DNA from: an uncultured Clostridia bacterium
GTDB taxonomy: Bacteria; Bacillota; Clostridia; Oscillospirales; Ruminococcaceae
Direction of reading: 5' to 3'
Length of the DNA: 34,807 bases
NCBI GenBank assembly: GCA_945867255.1
Contig: CAMBHV010000001.1
Span: forward strand, 1 to 34,807
This document shows, piece by piece, positions 34,784-34,807 of this stretch (positions are counted from its first letter, which is position 1; the number at the start of each line of letters is the position of its first letter). Below the pieces are notes generated by a model, which ran no database searches, had not been told where the DNA came from, and worked only from the letters and a program-made list of their open reading frames with translations. A program made the translations under genes and the position numbers.

Positions 34784-34807
34784 TTACATGCGTCATCCAT
34801 GTGAAAA

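Noticed and set aside
1-34807. CRISPR array, IS/prophage, tRNA/rRNA or a REP-like repeat family
   Set aside because: No spaced direct repeats, transposase/integrase or structural RNA genes seen; the many hairpins differ in sequence and sit at gene ends as terminators.

Overview
Chromosomal segment from an anaerobic Firmicute. Gene content and signals suggest Clostridia, probably Oscillospiraceae/Ruminococcaceae-like (inference). It holds about 36 CDSs, mostly housekeeping or metabolic: mutX fragment, nnrE, fruR-fruK, trxA, ccdA-tlpA, aspS, glmM, hisS, dinB, trmB and a class III ribonucleotide reductase locus. No rRNA, tRNA, CRISPR or mobile element was recognised. The most striking feature is a split anaerobic RNR. 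The 762-aa NrdD lacks its glycyl-radical loop. That loop (RIRRITGYL) is encoded as a separate 51-aa ORF with its own RBS and an apparent internal promoter/operator, coupled to nrdG, resembling a built-in 'spare-part' glycyl-radical module. Other notable signals: (1) a Crp/Fnr-type regulon with two CGTGA-N5-TYACA sites at identical class II positions ahead of trxA and ccdA-tlpA; (2) a MocR/PdxR-like regulator with Arg in place of the PLP-binding Lys, divergent from an ECF S-component; (3) a perfect 29-bp palindrome between face-to-face promoters of an amidohydrolase and a YfcC transporter; (4) a stand-alone GlmU-like acetyltransferase domain upstream of glmM. All calls come from reading motifs by eye, not from database searches.
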